Shown here: positions 23,901 through 38,702 of the stretch, one piece after another
Layout: the number at the start of each line of letters is the position of its first letter
Position numbering within the stretch: the first letter of the stretch is position 1
Source of the DNA: Geosiphon pyriformis uo1
Taxonomy: Eukaryota > Fungi > Glomeromycota
DNA: 64,000 bases
Assembly: GCA_016748015.1 (NCBI GenBank)
Contig: JAAOMT010000620.1
Span: 268,215-332,214, forward strand
Reading direction: 5' to 3'
Position numbers and translations under genes: made by a program
Notes under the pieces: model-generated
The model's input: the letters and a program-made list of their open reading frames with translations, nothing else
What the model was told of the DNA's origin: nothing
The model's database searches: none

Positions 23901-26900
23901 GTGAGCACTAATTTTTGGTAGTGTTTGTAGAATTGTTCTGGATCCAGGAGGTTTATGACTGGTTCCAGGTTCCAATCAAGTTCTATGAGTTCAGATGAGT
24001 TATTTTTAATTGTTCTTATTTCTTCTGGTGATGCTCCTTTGATTTTGACAAGTGCTATTTGCCAAATTTTATTATTATTGTGTGAACAGCTGTCCAGACA
24101 TTTGACTGCTCATCTCCAGGCAGCGTCTATGGGTGTTCTTTTTCTTACCCAGTCACTTATGAGAATTGTATATTGACATAATTCATTATATGTTCCTTTT
24201 TTCCCAGGAATGTTATTTCACATTTTTTTGTCAAGAAGAGTTTTTTCACAAGCCAAATATGGCTCATTATCCTATTTTTCAACTTGTTTTGGTTTTCTAA
24301 AGTGGTCAATGAGGCATGGGCGGTAATAAAACTTAGTTGCCATTTGGTATTCCTCGTCATTGCCACAGCATGTGCCCATTAATGACAATTTCTTATTGTA
24401 ATCAATGCATATGAGCTTTGGTTGGCGATAAGTGGATTGTTGTAGTGTAGTATAGATGTAGGAGTTATAAGTAGTGATGTTGATAGGTGTTGTTTTTTCT
24501 TCTTTCTCTTTTCCTTTTCTCTTGTCAGTTTTTTTTCACTCCCATGTTAATGATTTGTTCAGATCATTGTTAGTTCCCCAGACTTGGTTGGTATTTTAGG
24601 TAAGTTCTTTTCTTTGTTTTTCTTTTCTGTTGTTATCCCCAAAGAGTACCAGTAATAACTCATTGTGGTCTTTATCAGTTTAAGAAACTTGATAGGCTTT
24701 CCAGATAGGTTTCTTCTCTTTTTTCTTGAATTCAATAAGTGGTGCTGTCATGTTGGTGATCTTGAAATGGCCATACGTGGCTGATACACATGTGTGTTGA
24801 CTGTTCTGGCTGAATTAGAGCTCCTGCATGTTCCAATCAAGTGTCATATTGGTTTTTGACAGCCAATTATTATTAATGAGTGCTTATATTGAGTCACTTT
24901 TATGATTAATACCTTAATTGACATGATAATGCCATTGACTTCTATAAAGAAGTCATCAATCTCACTGATTAGAGTTTTGGTTGCTTCATTAGCAATGATA
25001 ATTCACGTGCTGGCAGCTCAATCAACTCGGTGACCTAATTGGTCCATGAGTTGTTTTGTAATGATGCTGCCAATAGATCTACTGTTTAGGATCAGTTTGA
25101 TGGAGTGGCCATCAACTTTAGCATCAGTGTACATAGTGGTGATAGGTTTTTCTTCAAGAACAGCTCCACTAAATAATAGCATGGTTGATAGTTCCTCGAG
25201 TTCAAACAAAAAAATGACATCCAGTAATTCATTTTTAGTGATGATAGCTGGTGGAATGTTGCTGGTAAGTGTTGATTGTTGGTTAGTTTCTGGTTTATTA
25301 GGTTGAGTGTTTTCTGGGGTAACCAGAAGACTTAAATAGTGTTGGAAAATTGGGTTTTGAGCATGCCCAGTTCCCAAATTCTAAGGACATGATTCTAATT
25401 GTTATGTGGAAGAGCTGAAGATTGGTTGGTGAACAACTATCGCTGATCTCCAATTTTGCGTAACTCTTAATCTAGAGTTTCCTGATATTATCTGAGCTGA
25501 GTTTGATGATAATATTTGAACTATGGGTGTCTAATAAATTATTTGTGGCTGCAATGGTTGATATATTACTTGTGGCTGTAATTAATAAACTGGAAGTTGA
25601 TATATGGGTGGTTAATATATTGTCTGCTGTATTATTAACAGATAAGTGGACTGATATTGTTCTTAATTTAAGTAATGATTCAGGATTTGAACTCTGTGAT
25701 TAGGATTTTGGTATTAATTTCCTGATTGTGAATTACTATAAAAATGGCAGTTAACTCTAATGTATCTTGTTTACTACAGTTGTGGCAAACTCACATCTTT
25801 GGCTGTCACAGTTAATTGAATAATGATGATAGACACAACTGATTTTGGAAACAATTCGCATTTTCTGAATTATTGTGTCATTGTAGTGGTTAATAAATTG
25901 TGTAATTGTCAGCTAAATATCTCTTTAATTTCTGATTAATTGAATTACTGAGTTGCTTCAATTTAGAATCCAAGTCAGATGATCCATTTATTACTAGATT
26001 TACAGCTTAGACATGATTAGTTTCGAGTTTAGCTGCTTCAAAATCTCTGACATTCATAACTGTAGCTTGAAAATCTGCTGGATGTATTGGGTGTATGCAC
26101 TGAAGGATGCTACTGCACAGTCCTCTAATGAATTGATTCAGGATTTGTGGTACTGTAAAATAATCAGTCTGTATGACCTAAATTTAATGCATATATCTGT
26201 AGAAGCATCCTAAGTAAGTGGTGACTGCTTCATTTTCTTCTTGTTTGATGGTGGTAAAGATATTTACTAGGCGATTGATACTATTATTATTGCTGAAGTA
26301 TTGTAGGAATACAAGCTTGAATGCATTGAAATCCTGTGGTTTATTGGCTAAGCTTTAATACCATGAGTTAGCAGTATTCTGGAAAAAATAAGAGATGGCT
26401 TGCATGGCTCTGGCATTGTTTCATCCATTAGTTGCGATAGCTTTTTCCATGTTGTTCAGCCAGACTTGGGTGTTGTTTTCTTCACTGGTAAATTTCTCAA
26501 GTTTAACTATTGGAGCATAAGCCATTGGTATGATTGGTTGTTGGTGTAGTGGTTGAAGTTGTTGTTGTGGCTGTAGAAGCAGCTGTGGTGGTTGTTGAGG
26601 TGATTGAAGTGGTTGTTGGAGAGGTTGCTGAAGTGGCTACTGTTAAATTGGTTCAATAATTGGTTCAGTTAGTGGCTGATTGATGACAATTACTGGAGGT
26701 AAGTTTTGCTGATTAATTGTTTCGGAGTTTGGATTGTTTTGAGTTTGCTGGATTTGAATGCTTGGAATTTCAACTTCCAGATTTTCTAAGATCAGGTTTT
26801 GGTGAATATTTAGAACTTGTATACAGATAAAACAAAACGATTATTTAACACAACAATACTGCAACAACTGGAACAATTTGTGGAAAAGAACAATTTGACA

Positions 26901-27983
26901 ACACAAGCAAGAGCCATTTATTGGCTACATACCAGATTTCAAAATCGACCAGAAATCTTACTCAATCTAGAAATAAATTTTATTACTATTAACCAAATGG
27001 AAAAAATAATCAATGCTCAATTTGAAAAATTACAAAACAAGATAATACAAGTAATTTTTGAAAAAAAAAGTTCAAAAAATACTCAACAACAGAGAATTAG
27101 AATTAGGAGATCTTGACGAAGCTCAATATTAAAAGGAAGAGATAATATTACTCATAAAAATATAAGAAGTATATTAGCATATAAATTAGCCAATTAGAAG
27201 TAGCCATAGTAAATATGGAATTCCAGGATTCCAGGAATTTCAAAATTTTCATACAAGAAATCACAGGATTCCAGAATTCCAGGATTCCTCTCAAAAGGAA
27301 TTACAGGATTCCAGAAATTCTAAGATTCCTGGTGTAAAGAATAAAAGAATTAAGAAATCTCAATTCTGTATATATAACAGTAGTATTAAAAGCAGAAAAG
27401 ACAAAATCCTTCAGTTAAAGACCTCTCAGTTTAGATTTAATCTAAGCAACCTTCTAACTCACAAATATCAATAAATAATTATTCTCTATCTCAAATCTAC
27501 TCTTCACTATCAATACTTCATGTTGATAGTAATTGATACTTAACCACACTAAAACAATAGCTCTTGATTATGGCTATTGACAGAATACTAACTTTTGTTG
27601 CCTTGGCTTATTTCTTTAATTTGCTTTTATTTCTTTTTATTTTGTTTTTATTATTTCTTTATTGTGTACTAATTAAAGCACTGAATTATTGATGTCAAAA
27701 ATTGTTTGGTAAAAGACCCCTATAAGTGGATAGAGCATGTAAAAGAATTACGGATTACTTACTAAAGGAGTACTGGCCATCAAGCTGAAAAAAAAAATTG
27801 ACAGAATTGTAATTCTGGGAAGCTACAAATAAACAACTATTAAATCTCTGTTCATTATACAAAAGACTCAACCAAAATCTTCAGATAACAATACCTTCAG
27901 ATCACCATTATCACAAATAGCTTCTGAGCACCAAGTTATGAGTTTGTTATTTGATTCGAGATCTCAAATAATCACTTATAACA
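17970..27983 (+). mobile_element. Full-length decayed Ty3/Gypsy element D with an internal inversion (19586-26803)
   Basis: LTRs 17970-18838 and 27146-27983, both on +; PBS 18841-18858; PPT 27131-27145; TSD ATAG/ATAA. Most of gag-pol lies on the minus strand. Confidence 0.92.
19586..26803 (-). pseudogene. Inverted gag(3')-PR-Cys-rich-dUTPase-RT-RH-INT-ORF3(5') segment of element D
   Basis: Minus-strand ORFs 25018-25377 (protease), 22390-22617 and 21532-22095 (RT/RH), 20832-21275 (integrase zinc finger). Confidence 0.9.
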
Positions 27984-29350
27984 ATAAGATACTAACTTGC
28001 ATTGTCTTGGCTTAAATTTCTTTATTTCATTTTATTTTGTTGTATTTTGTTGGTGGTTTACTAAACTTTTAAGGATTAAGCACTAAGTTATTGACATCAA
28101 AAATTGCCTAGTAAAAGACCCCTGTAAATGAGTAAAATACATAAGAATTATGAATTGCTTACTAAAAGATTGCCAGCCATCAAGCTGAGAAATAAATTGA
28201 CAGAATTGCAATTCTGGGAAGCTACAGATAAAATAACATAGGAATCTTTGTCTATTATACAAAAGACTTAATTAAAACCTTCAAAACATGAAAATCTTCA
28301 GATTACTATTATTTCATATCAATTAAGCACCAAGTTACAGATTTGTTATTTACTTCAACTATCCAAAATAATTACCTATAACATTTAGTGCTTCCTGTGA
28401 AGTATAATCCTACAGAAAACCAGTACCAACAACAGTTATCCAAAAGTGGCAGAATCAGAAATAATAGGGACAAACCACTTAGAATTCACCAAATTCTTAT
28501 TTCAACAGTATAACCAACAACTATTATTCAATAGAATCAGTTTTCAACTTTTACATTAATAAAAAAATTACAGATTTTCTAGAAAAACCAGTTGACATTA
28601 AATCAGCAAGAGAAAATTTCTATACAGAATTAATTTAACACACCAGTTTACTATGAAATTACAGTTTTACACCAATCATCAAAAAAATCAATCAAAAAAT
28701 TGAAAAATATACTCAACAATAATTTTCTATTACCTATGCAGATAAAAGTAAAAAAAAGTTACAAACACCAGCAGCAATTCCAAAAGAAATACAATTACCA
28801 ATATGGAAGAAACAAAGAATTGAATCTCTATTATATTTATCATATCATTACATACATGGAAGTACCATCAATATTGTATCAGTAAACATGTCCATATTAA
28901 ATGTAACATTAACATTTGAACAACTCTCATTTCAAAGTAAACAAAAGATAGCAGAATTATTAAGAACTTACAGTGATTATTTTGAAGGATTTAAATCATA
29001 ATTACCAACACCATCAGAATTTCAATTATCATTGCTTCAACCAAATTTCGGGACTGCAAGTTTCTGGGAGATAACAGAATCGGAAGAAAAAGAAAACAAC
29101 AATCAAAAATTTTATTACCACAACCTGATAATAGAAAACCTGGAAGTTGAAACCCCAAATATTCAAACTCAAGAAAATCAGCACAATTCAAATCCTGATC
29201 TTATTAATTAACAAAATTTACCTCCAGTGATCATGATAAACCAACCACCAATTGACCTAATTGCTGAGTTAATACTACAACAGTTACTAATACCACTTCA
29301 ATAACTACTAGTACAATAGCAACAACCAATTGTACTAATAGCATATGTAT

Positions 29351-30203
29351 TGTTACTCATAAAATATAGAAGATATATTAGCATATAAATTAGCCAATCA
29401 GAAGTAGCCATAATAAAGGAGAAATTTTAGGATTCCTCTCAAAGGAATTGTAGGATTCCAGGAATTTCAGGATTCTCATACAAAGAATCGCAGAATTCCA
29501 GAATTCCAGAATTCCTTTCAAAGAAATTGCAGAATTCTAAAAATCCCAGAATTCTTAGTGTGAAGAATTGAAGAATTGAGAAATCTCAATTATGTATATA
29601 TATTGGTAGCATTAGAAGAAGAAAAAAACAGACCTCTCAGTTTAGAGTTGATCTAAGCAATTTTTTACATTACAAATATCAATAAATAATTATTCACTAT
29701 CTTAATCTACTTTCTACTATCAACATGAAGTGTTGATAGTAATTGATACTTAACTACATTGAAACAATAACTCTTGATCATGGCTATTGACAGAATATTA
29801 ACATGCATATTGCCTTGGTTTATTTTTCTTATTTTTCTTTGTTTTCTTTTTTTGCTTTATTTTCTTTGTTAACTTGATTAAAAAGATATACATGCAGAGA
29901 TACTGATGTTAGAATATAGCACTGGTAAAAAACCTAGGAATAAGAGTAAACACTCAGAATTGAAGATATCTTACTAGGAGAATTACTGGCCATTACACTG
30001 AAAAAAAAATTGATAAAACTGTGGTTTTGGAAAGCTATGGATAAAATTATAAATTAAATTTCTGTTTATTATACAAAAAACTCAACCAAAACCTTCAGAA
30101 ACCACATCTTCAGAAATTACAAATATTAACCATCAATATTCACTTAGCACCAAGTTATGGATTTTGTTATTTGATTTGAGATTTCAAATAATCATCTGTA
30201 ATA
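29351..30203 (+). repeat. 5' LTR (type 1) of element F, inserted in the gag of E; no matching 3' LTR
   Basis: TGTTACTCAT at 29351, TGTAA(C>T)A ending at 30203, PBS 30206-30223, then a second gag start. Confidence 0.9.
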
Positions 30204-30259
30204 TTTGGTGCTCCCTGTGAAATATAATCCAACAGAAAACCAGCACCAATAAACAACCA

Positions 30260-33200
30260 TCCGAAACAGTGACAGAATCTGAAGATACAGGGACAAACCA
30301 CTTGGAATTCACAAAATTCTTATTCCAACACTATCACACCTATCTTGGATTAACAAATAATAGTTGGCCAATAGAATCAGCTTTCAACTATTACATTAAC
30401 AAGAGAATAGTCTATCATTTAGGAGGTCAAAGAGATCCAAAATCTGCCTTCAACAATTTTTTCAGTAAACTACTTATTTGCACCCCTAATTACAAAAATA
30501 AACAGGAAAATTAAAAAATACACCAAGCAGAGATTTCCTATTACCTTTGCTAACAAAGGAAAAGGAAAGTTACAAATACCAGCAAGAACACCAAAACAAA
30601 TTCAACTATTCATTTAGAAGAAACAAAGATTTGATTCACTTGTTAATTCATTATATTATTATACACCCAGAAGTATCATCAATATAATAAGCATGGCTAT
30701 AGCAAGTGCAACAACACCACTAAATAGAATCTCATTTCAAAGCAAACAAAATAATAAGCATAACTACAGCAAACATGACAACACCACTAAATAGAATCCC
30801 ATTTTAAAGCAAACAAAAGAAAACAGAATTATTAGGAACATATGGCATTTTGAGAGATTTAGATTGCAATCCTCAATGTCATCAGAAATTTGATTACCAC
30901 TATTATCACCAGATTTTGGAGCCATTAATCCTTGGAAAATAACTGACTCTAAGAAAGAGGAAAGTAATGATAAAGAAATCAGCAAGCAAAATCCAATCCA
31001 ACAAAATTCAGAAAATCAAACTCTGAATATTCAAACTCTGAAAAATCAGAACAATCCAAACCCTGATCCAATTAATCAACAAAACTTACCTCCAATAATC
31101 AAAATTAATCTATTGCTCATTCCACCAATCACCAAACAGCAATAACAGCCACAACTGCTATCCCAACAATAATTTCAACAGCAACCACAACAACAAATAG
31201 CCTACACTCCAATTGCAAAAATTGAAAAATTTACCAGTAAAGAGAATGACACCCAAGTATGGCTTAATAACATAGAAAAAACCATTGCAGCCAATAAATG
31301 GAATGACAACAGAGCCCTTCAAGCAATTCTTTATTTTTTTTAAGATACTGTTGACTTGTAGTATCAAAGTTTAGCCACCAAATCTCAAACATTTTAAGAA
31401 TTTAAAATTCTATTTTTGAGATATTTCAATAATAATAACAGTATTAATTGTCTAGTCAACACTTTCACCACAATTAAACAAGAAAAAACTGAAGCAGTTA
31501 CCACTTACTTGGAACACTTCTACAAGAATTTATGCCAAATTCAAGCAATCCAAGCTGACTATTTTACAGCACCACAGATCCTAAACCAATTTATTTATGG
31601 TCTGCACAGTAGCCTTCTTTAATACATATGACTATTACATTTAGCAACACTCCAAAACACAGTTACATGGGCCAGAGACTTTGAGTCAGCTAAATAAGAA
31701 GCTAACCACACCCAAGCTATAAACCTAATCATAAATGGATCATCTAACTTAGATTCCAAATTGAAACAACTCAATAATTCAATTAATCAAAAATTAGAAG
31801 GATATTTAGCTAACAATTACACAATTTATCAACCATCTCAAAGATGCAATAATCCTGAAAATGTGAATTGCTTTCAAAATCAGTTGCATTCATCATCATC
31901 ATCCAATTAGCCATGGCAGCAAGAGACACATATCTGCCACAATTGTGGTAAACAAGGCTATTTGATAATTGACTGCTGTTTTTATAATAATAATTCATGA
32001 TCGGGAAATCAATATTGAAATCCTGATTACAGGTTTCAAGCTCTGAATTAATACACAAATCAGGATCAATACTTGTCTCATTACACCCAAATGATACAAC
32101 AGCCAATTTATCAACCACCCATATATTAAGCTTCAATTTATCAGCTAACAACACCTATCATTTATCAACCACAGTCTTAACCTACTTATTAGTTACAGTC
32201 TCAAGTAATATATTAATTCCAACCAATTACAACACTGCCAGTAAACTCAGCTCAAATGACATTAGAAAATTCCAGATTGAAAGTTATCCAAAACTGAAGA
32301 TCATTAATGGTTGTCCACCAACTGATTCCCAGTTCCTCCAACCAATCTTTGGGATCATGACAGTGGAGTTCAAAAACTGAGTATACCCAAAACTTAAGTT
32401 CTTAGAACTACTTAAGTCTCCTGGTTATCCCAGAAAACATCACATCCAACCACCTGGAAATCAACCAAACACAACCACTTACCACCAACAACATTCTACC
32501 AGCCACTGTCACAGAAGACAAGTTACTCACAGCTATATTTTCTTTCAAAATTGAAGAACCATTAGAAATCCCTTTGTTCAGTGGAGCTGCACTTGAGGAA
32601 AAATCCATCATGGCAATGTACACTAATGCCAAAATTGATGGCTATTCTATTAAACTGATCCTAGATAGTAGATCAGCTAACAGCATTATCACAAAACAGC
32701 TTATGGACCAATTAGGTTGTTGAGTTGATTGAGCTGCCAGTGCAAGAATAATTACAGCTAATGGAGCCACCAAGACTTCAATTGGTGAAATAGATGACTT
32801 ACCCATTGAAATCAATGGCATCATTGTACCAATCAAGATATTAATTATGGAAGCCACTCAATACCAAGCACTCATTAACAATGATTGGCTGTTTAAAACC
32901 AATATGATGCTCAATTAGAACATCTAAGAGCTTCAGCTTAGCCAGAATGGTCAATACACACATATACCAGTCATGTGTGGCCACTTCAAGCCTATTACTA
33001 TGTTATCAGCACCACTCATTAAGTTCAAAGAAAAAAAAAGAAAACCTATCTGGGAAGCATACCAAGTTTCTTGGGCTGACAAAGACCACAACAAGCTACT
33101 ACCAATACTTTCTTGGGATGACAATGGGAAAAAAAAGTGAAAAGAAGAACTTACCTGAAATTTTGACCAAGCCAGAAGAACTAACAATGACCAGGAAGAA

Positions 33201-36200
33201 CTAATAACTTGGGAGAGGGAAGAAAGCAATAAGAGAAAAGAAAAAAAAAAGAAGGAAGAAACAACAACCACCAATACCACCACTTATAACTCTTATACCT
33301 ATACTATACCACAATGATCTATCTATTGCCAATCAAAACTCACATGCATTGATTGTGGCAAGAAATTGTTATCAATGGGCACATGTTGTGGCAACAATGA
33401 GAAATACACAATGGCAACAAAATTATATTGCTGCCTATGTATCTTTGAATGCTTTGGACGACCCAAATAACAAGGAAAATAGGACAATGAACTATGTTTG
33501 GCTTGTGGCAAAATGCTGTTAGATGAAGAAATGTGGAATGACATTTTTGGGCAAAGAGGAACATGTAATGAATCATGTCAATACATGATTCTAATAAGTG
33601 ACTGGATTAGAAAAGGGACACCAATAGAAGCCATATGGAGAAGAGCAATAAAATGCCTGGACAGTTGTCCACATAATGACAATGAAATGTGGCAAATGAC
33701 ACTAACCAAAATTGAAGGTGCATTGCCAAAGGAAATTAAAATAATGAAAAATAACCCTCCAAAACTCATAGAACTCAACTGAAACCCAGAACCAGTCATA
33801 AATCTCTTAGATTCAGAACAATTCTATGAACACTACCAAGAATTAGCACTCACTCAAGAAAAACAAAAACAATGCTTGGAAGAAATCAATATCCGACTAT
33901 GTAACCACTGTTTGATCCCATGTAACTTTTAATATTGTAATGAGTGTGACCTCATTTACAATCCACCACCATGCATGATCTACATAATTCCAGAGGAAGA
34001 CAAACCAATTAATAGCTGTGCATTGGAATCGGAATCAACCTTCAATCCTGATTTAAACTTCAACAATAACGACAACAAAACAATGGCTTCAGCTTTATTC
34101 AAAAGGGCAACAAAAATTACAATGATTCAAACTTTAATTCAAACCCCAAACAATATATTGTGCTTTCTAACCTCTCTAAGAAGCAGAAACTAAAATGGTT
34201 TAGTGACAATAATGAGAGCATTATGCCAAAATGTGCACATAATACTGATGCAGGGTTTGATCTGAGATATCCCAGAAAAAATGCCATTAAATTAGAACCA
34301 CACTCATGCACCTGCATTGATCTTAAAATAGCACTGGAAATTCCAGCAACAACAATAGTTTAATTAGCATCTAAGAATAGTTTAGTGAAAAAGGGAATCA
34401 ACATCAGAGAAGAAATAATTGACACAGAATATGTAAAAAATATCATTGCAATGCTACAAAATGACACAGAAAAGGCCTACATTATAGAGCCAAATGAAAA
34501 AATAGCACAGGTGATATTCTTGTCTTTGGTTAAAATAGCTCAATTAGTATTAGTAGAAAACAGAGAAGAATTAGGGATTATGGCTAAAAGAATACAGGGT
34601 TTTGGATCCATGAGTAGAATAAATGTATCAGTTAATATGGCAAAGGAAGAAATTGTTAACAAAAGAGAAATTATCTCCACCTGTCAACCAATTTCCATTC
34701 TACCATATAACCAGTACATGGTAGTTATAGAGAGAAAAGTAAAAGATCAAGTACAAATTTTTGAAGCAGAAGCAACAATTTGTAAATCAGAAAAAATAGA
34801 ATTAGTCAATCTATACATACTAGCCAAGAACTACAGACACATCAAAATTCCCATTTACAACAACACAGGAAACATCATCAAAATACCAGAAGGAACTATT
34901 ATTGGATACTTAATTATTGAAATTGAAGACCAACTGTCAAACACCATTCCAGATTTTTTACAACTATGTGGATATTTAGATATTACATCACAAACAATAT
35001 ATGAATGAGAAGAATGTTATCTGCTCCAACCAGAACAATTGAAACAGATGAACTTGAGAAATTTAGACCCACTACAATGTATGCAACTTAAGATGCTACT
35101 TAACAACTTCAATAACATCTTTGCCAGTAAAAACAAATTTGGCAGAACTGACATCATTCAATATCAGATCAAGACTGAAGATGCAATGCCAATTAAACAA
35201 AGAGCACACAAAGTACTACCAGCCAGTCATAAGATCATTTGTCAAGAAATCAATCAGATGCTTAACAATGGGCTAATTCAGTTATTAATAAGCCCATGGT
35301 TATTACCAATGGTATTAGTCCATAAGAAGAATGGAAAAATCCACTTTTGTGTGGATTATTGGAAACTAAATGAAGTAACAAAAGGAGACAGCTACCCAAC
35401 TCCAAAAATCTAAGAACTTTTCGATGCTTTTAGAGAAAAAAAATGGTTTTTGACATTAAACTTAGACAGTGATTACTGGCAAGTAGCTATGAAACCGAAA
35501 AATAAAGAAAAAACAGTATTCACAACATGAAAAAAAAATTTTGAATTCAAAGTTATGCTATTTGGCTTGATAAATGCTCCAGCCACTTTCCAGTGGCTCA
35601 TAAAAATTGTTTATACTGGGCTACTATAAAAATTAGTAGTCATATATTTAGATAACACCAATGTGTTCTCAAAAACATTTGATGATTATCTGTATTATTT
35701 CCAACAAGTATTTAAAAGACTCAAATGAGCAGAATTGAAATTAAATGCAAACAAATGCTTCTTTGGCAAAATGAAACTCAAGTTTTTGGGACATATGGTA
35801 AGCAAAAACAGTATTAAAATGAATCCAAATAAGATTGAGATTGTTAAGAACTTTCCAGTACCAAATAATCTCACAGAATTAAAAGCATTCTTGGGATTTG
35901 CTGAATACTACTGCCACTTTATTAAAGACTTTTCCAAAATAGCTCAACCACTACACCAACTCCAAACAAAAAACACCAAATATGAATAAACAGAAACTCA
36001 GCAAGAAGCTTTTAATACATTAAGAAAAAAGCTTATTCAAGCCCCAGTACTGATCTATTCAGATCATAGCAAGCCATTCATAATCACAACTGATGCATCT
36101 GGTTAAGCATTGGAAGCAGTATTATCTTAGAAAAAACTGAACAGATGAAAACATTCAGTAGCTTATGCCAGTAAAAGCTTAAGTCCAGCTGAAAAAAACT

Positions 36201-37835
36201 ATGGAACTCCAGTACTAGAATACTTAACTATCTATTGGGTTATTATCAAATAAAAAGAATACTTGAGTCAAAAGTTTGATCTATATACTGATCATAAAAG
36301 ATTGACTTCAATCCAGAAACAAGAATTTGGAGATAATTGTCATGCCAAATAGAAAATAGAACTTTTATCATTTAATTATACAGTATATTATAAAAAAGGA
36401 AAAGAAAATGGAAATGCTAACAGATTGTTGCAAATGAGACAAATTTAAAAACATTTTAACTTAAAAATATAACAAAAGATGAATATACAAAAATACCAAC
36501 AACTTCAATATTATATAAATACCAAATTGTTCAAGATGAAATTATCTTAAAAAAAACATAAAACAACAATCAAAATATTTTATCAACCATCAAAATATAC
36601 TTTACCAGAAGAACAAAAGAAATCCAGATCAATCAACTAGAGTAATTACAGAACCAGAAAAAGAGACAATATTATTCAACATGTACTTAGATCCAACAAC
36701 AGAATATTTTCATAAAGAAACAACCATGGAAAGAACCAGAAAAAGATACTATTGGCCATCAATATATCCAAACATTATATAATATGTTCAAAATTGTAAT
36801 GCTTGTTAAAGAAGAGGTGAAACAAAACCTAGTAAACTGTTAAGACCAATCAAAGTAGGACAACCATTTGATTACATTGGAATTAACTTAGTTGGACCAT
36901 TAACAATAAACAGCAGAGACAACAGATATATTGCAGTAGCCATAGACTATCTTACTAAATGGCCAGAAGCAAAAGTCATTCAAAAAGCAGATGCAGAATC
37001 TGTTGCCAAATTCGTTCATCAAGATCTGATTTGTTGACATGGATGTCCAAAAAAATTATTATCCAACCAAAAAACTTACTTTGTGAATAAAACATTAACA
37101 GAACTGAGTCAAAAATTTGGAATAAAGAGATCATTATTATCACTATATTACTCACAAACCAATAGATTAATCAAAAAATTCAATAGAACATTGTGCAAAG
37201 TAATAGCCAAGATCAGCCAAAAAAACCAGAACAAATAGAATTTATTTATACCATTAGTATTATTTGCTTATCAGACAATAAAGCAAGATACTACACAGAC
37301 AACACTATTTGAATTAATATATAGTAGAACAGCAATGTTACTAGTTGAGATAAAGATCAATACATATCCAATGAAACCAATAACAGAAGACAATTTCCAA
37401 GAAACATTGCTGAGAAAAACATATGAATTAATAGAAACACTAGAAAACAAACAGCAAAGAACAGTTGATAATATACAAAAGTCACAAAAAAACAAAAAGA
37501 AAGGCATGACAACCAACTACTAAATAAATTAGTTGAATTCAGGATTGGAGACAAAGTACTATTATATTATACCAAAGTAGAAAAACAGTAGAATAGAAAG
37601 TTTGATTCAAAATAAGACAAACCATTTTACATACATGAAATTTTGGGAAACAGATTTTACAAATTATGATTGGAAAACAGAATTCTGAAAAAGACAGCAC
37701 ATAAAAATCATTTAAAAATTTATCAAACAACACAAAGATCAATATCATTGATACCACAACTAGGAGCACAAATTTTATTAATCAGATCAGAAGATATACC
37801 ATGAAATATAGAACTAATCATAATCATCAAAACAT
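30260..37835 (+). pseudogene. Decayed gag-pol of the F/E chimera (Gag, protease about 32610-32940, Cys-rich about 33330-33960, dUTPase about 34220-34620, RT-RH about 35190-36450, integrase about 36480-37835)
   Basis: ORFs 31416-31622, 33498-33782, 34160-34363 (AHNTDAGFDLRYP), 34385-35008, 35039-35413 and 35735-35989. Confidence 0.9.
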
Positions 37836-37917
37836 AGCTATACATGTGCCAAAATTTAGATATTATGCACATATAAGCCTCGAGACCACAAAGAAAGAAA
37901 TAATAAAAATTTCAAAC

Positions 37918-38688
37918 ATGGACCTTTCAGACCAAATTTTAAAATTATCTAAACAATTATTTGATGAAATTCAAAAATCTACATCTCAAATAAAGATTAT
38001 AATTGATAAAAAAAAGATAAGATATAGAGATAAAAGGAAGAGAAAGATAGACAAAAGTTTAATTATAACTAATTATTTCTATTCTTACACTTCATTCAAG
38101 AAGAAAATTTTACAAAAAGAAATTAAATATACTTTTTGAATAGAATGTAGAGAAAAAGGAGAAGAGAAAAAAGAAAAAGTGAGAAAATTAGATAGAAGAC
38201 AAAAACAATTATATACAGCATACTTGGCCTTTAAGCTAGAAAAAATTAAAAAATTTTTAACTTGTAGAACCAAACTTTTTGAAACAAGGAAGTGAACACC
38301 AGACAATGTCCAAGAGTAAAAAAAAAAACTCTTTCCAACATATTGGTTTTACAAAATTAGGGAATAACTAGACTTAAAAAACCCATATAGAGACTACAAC
38401 CAGAAAACTTTTAATAAAGAAGCAATGCAACAAATGGAAAAATTCATAGAAAGAAGCAACTTAACACTATACTACAAAGCAACATGTTGATTATATGTCA
38501 CTTTTCAACATTGTCCAAATGTACTATTAGATAGATCTTTGAAAAAAATAACAATCAACAACATAGGATGAATAACCAATTAATAGTTTGAAAATCTATA
38601 AAAAACTATAATCGATATAACCATTAAACATTACATAAATGAAGTTCTACTAATAGACATAACTGATTTTGCAAAAGCTCAATATTAA
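37918..38688 (+). pseudogene. Extra 3' ORF (ORF3, type 2) of element E
   Basis: MDLSDQILKLSKQLFDEIQ...QQMEKFI..NLTLYYKA..WLY..FQHCPNVLL...DFAKAQY*; homologous to 52445-53161 in C. Confidence 0.75.
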
Positions 38689-38702
38689 AAAAAAGGAGAT
38701 AA

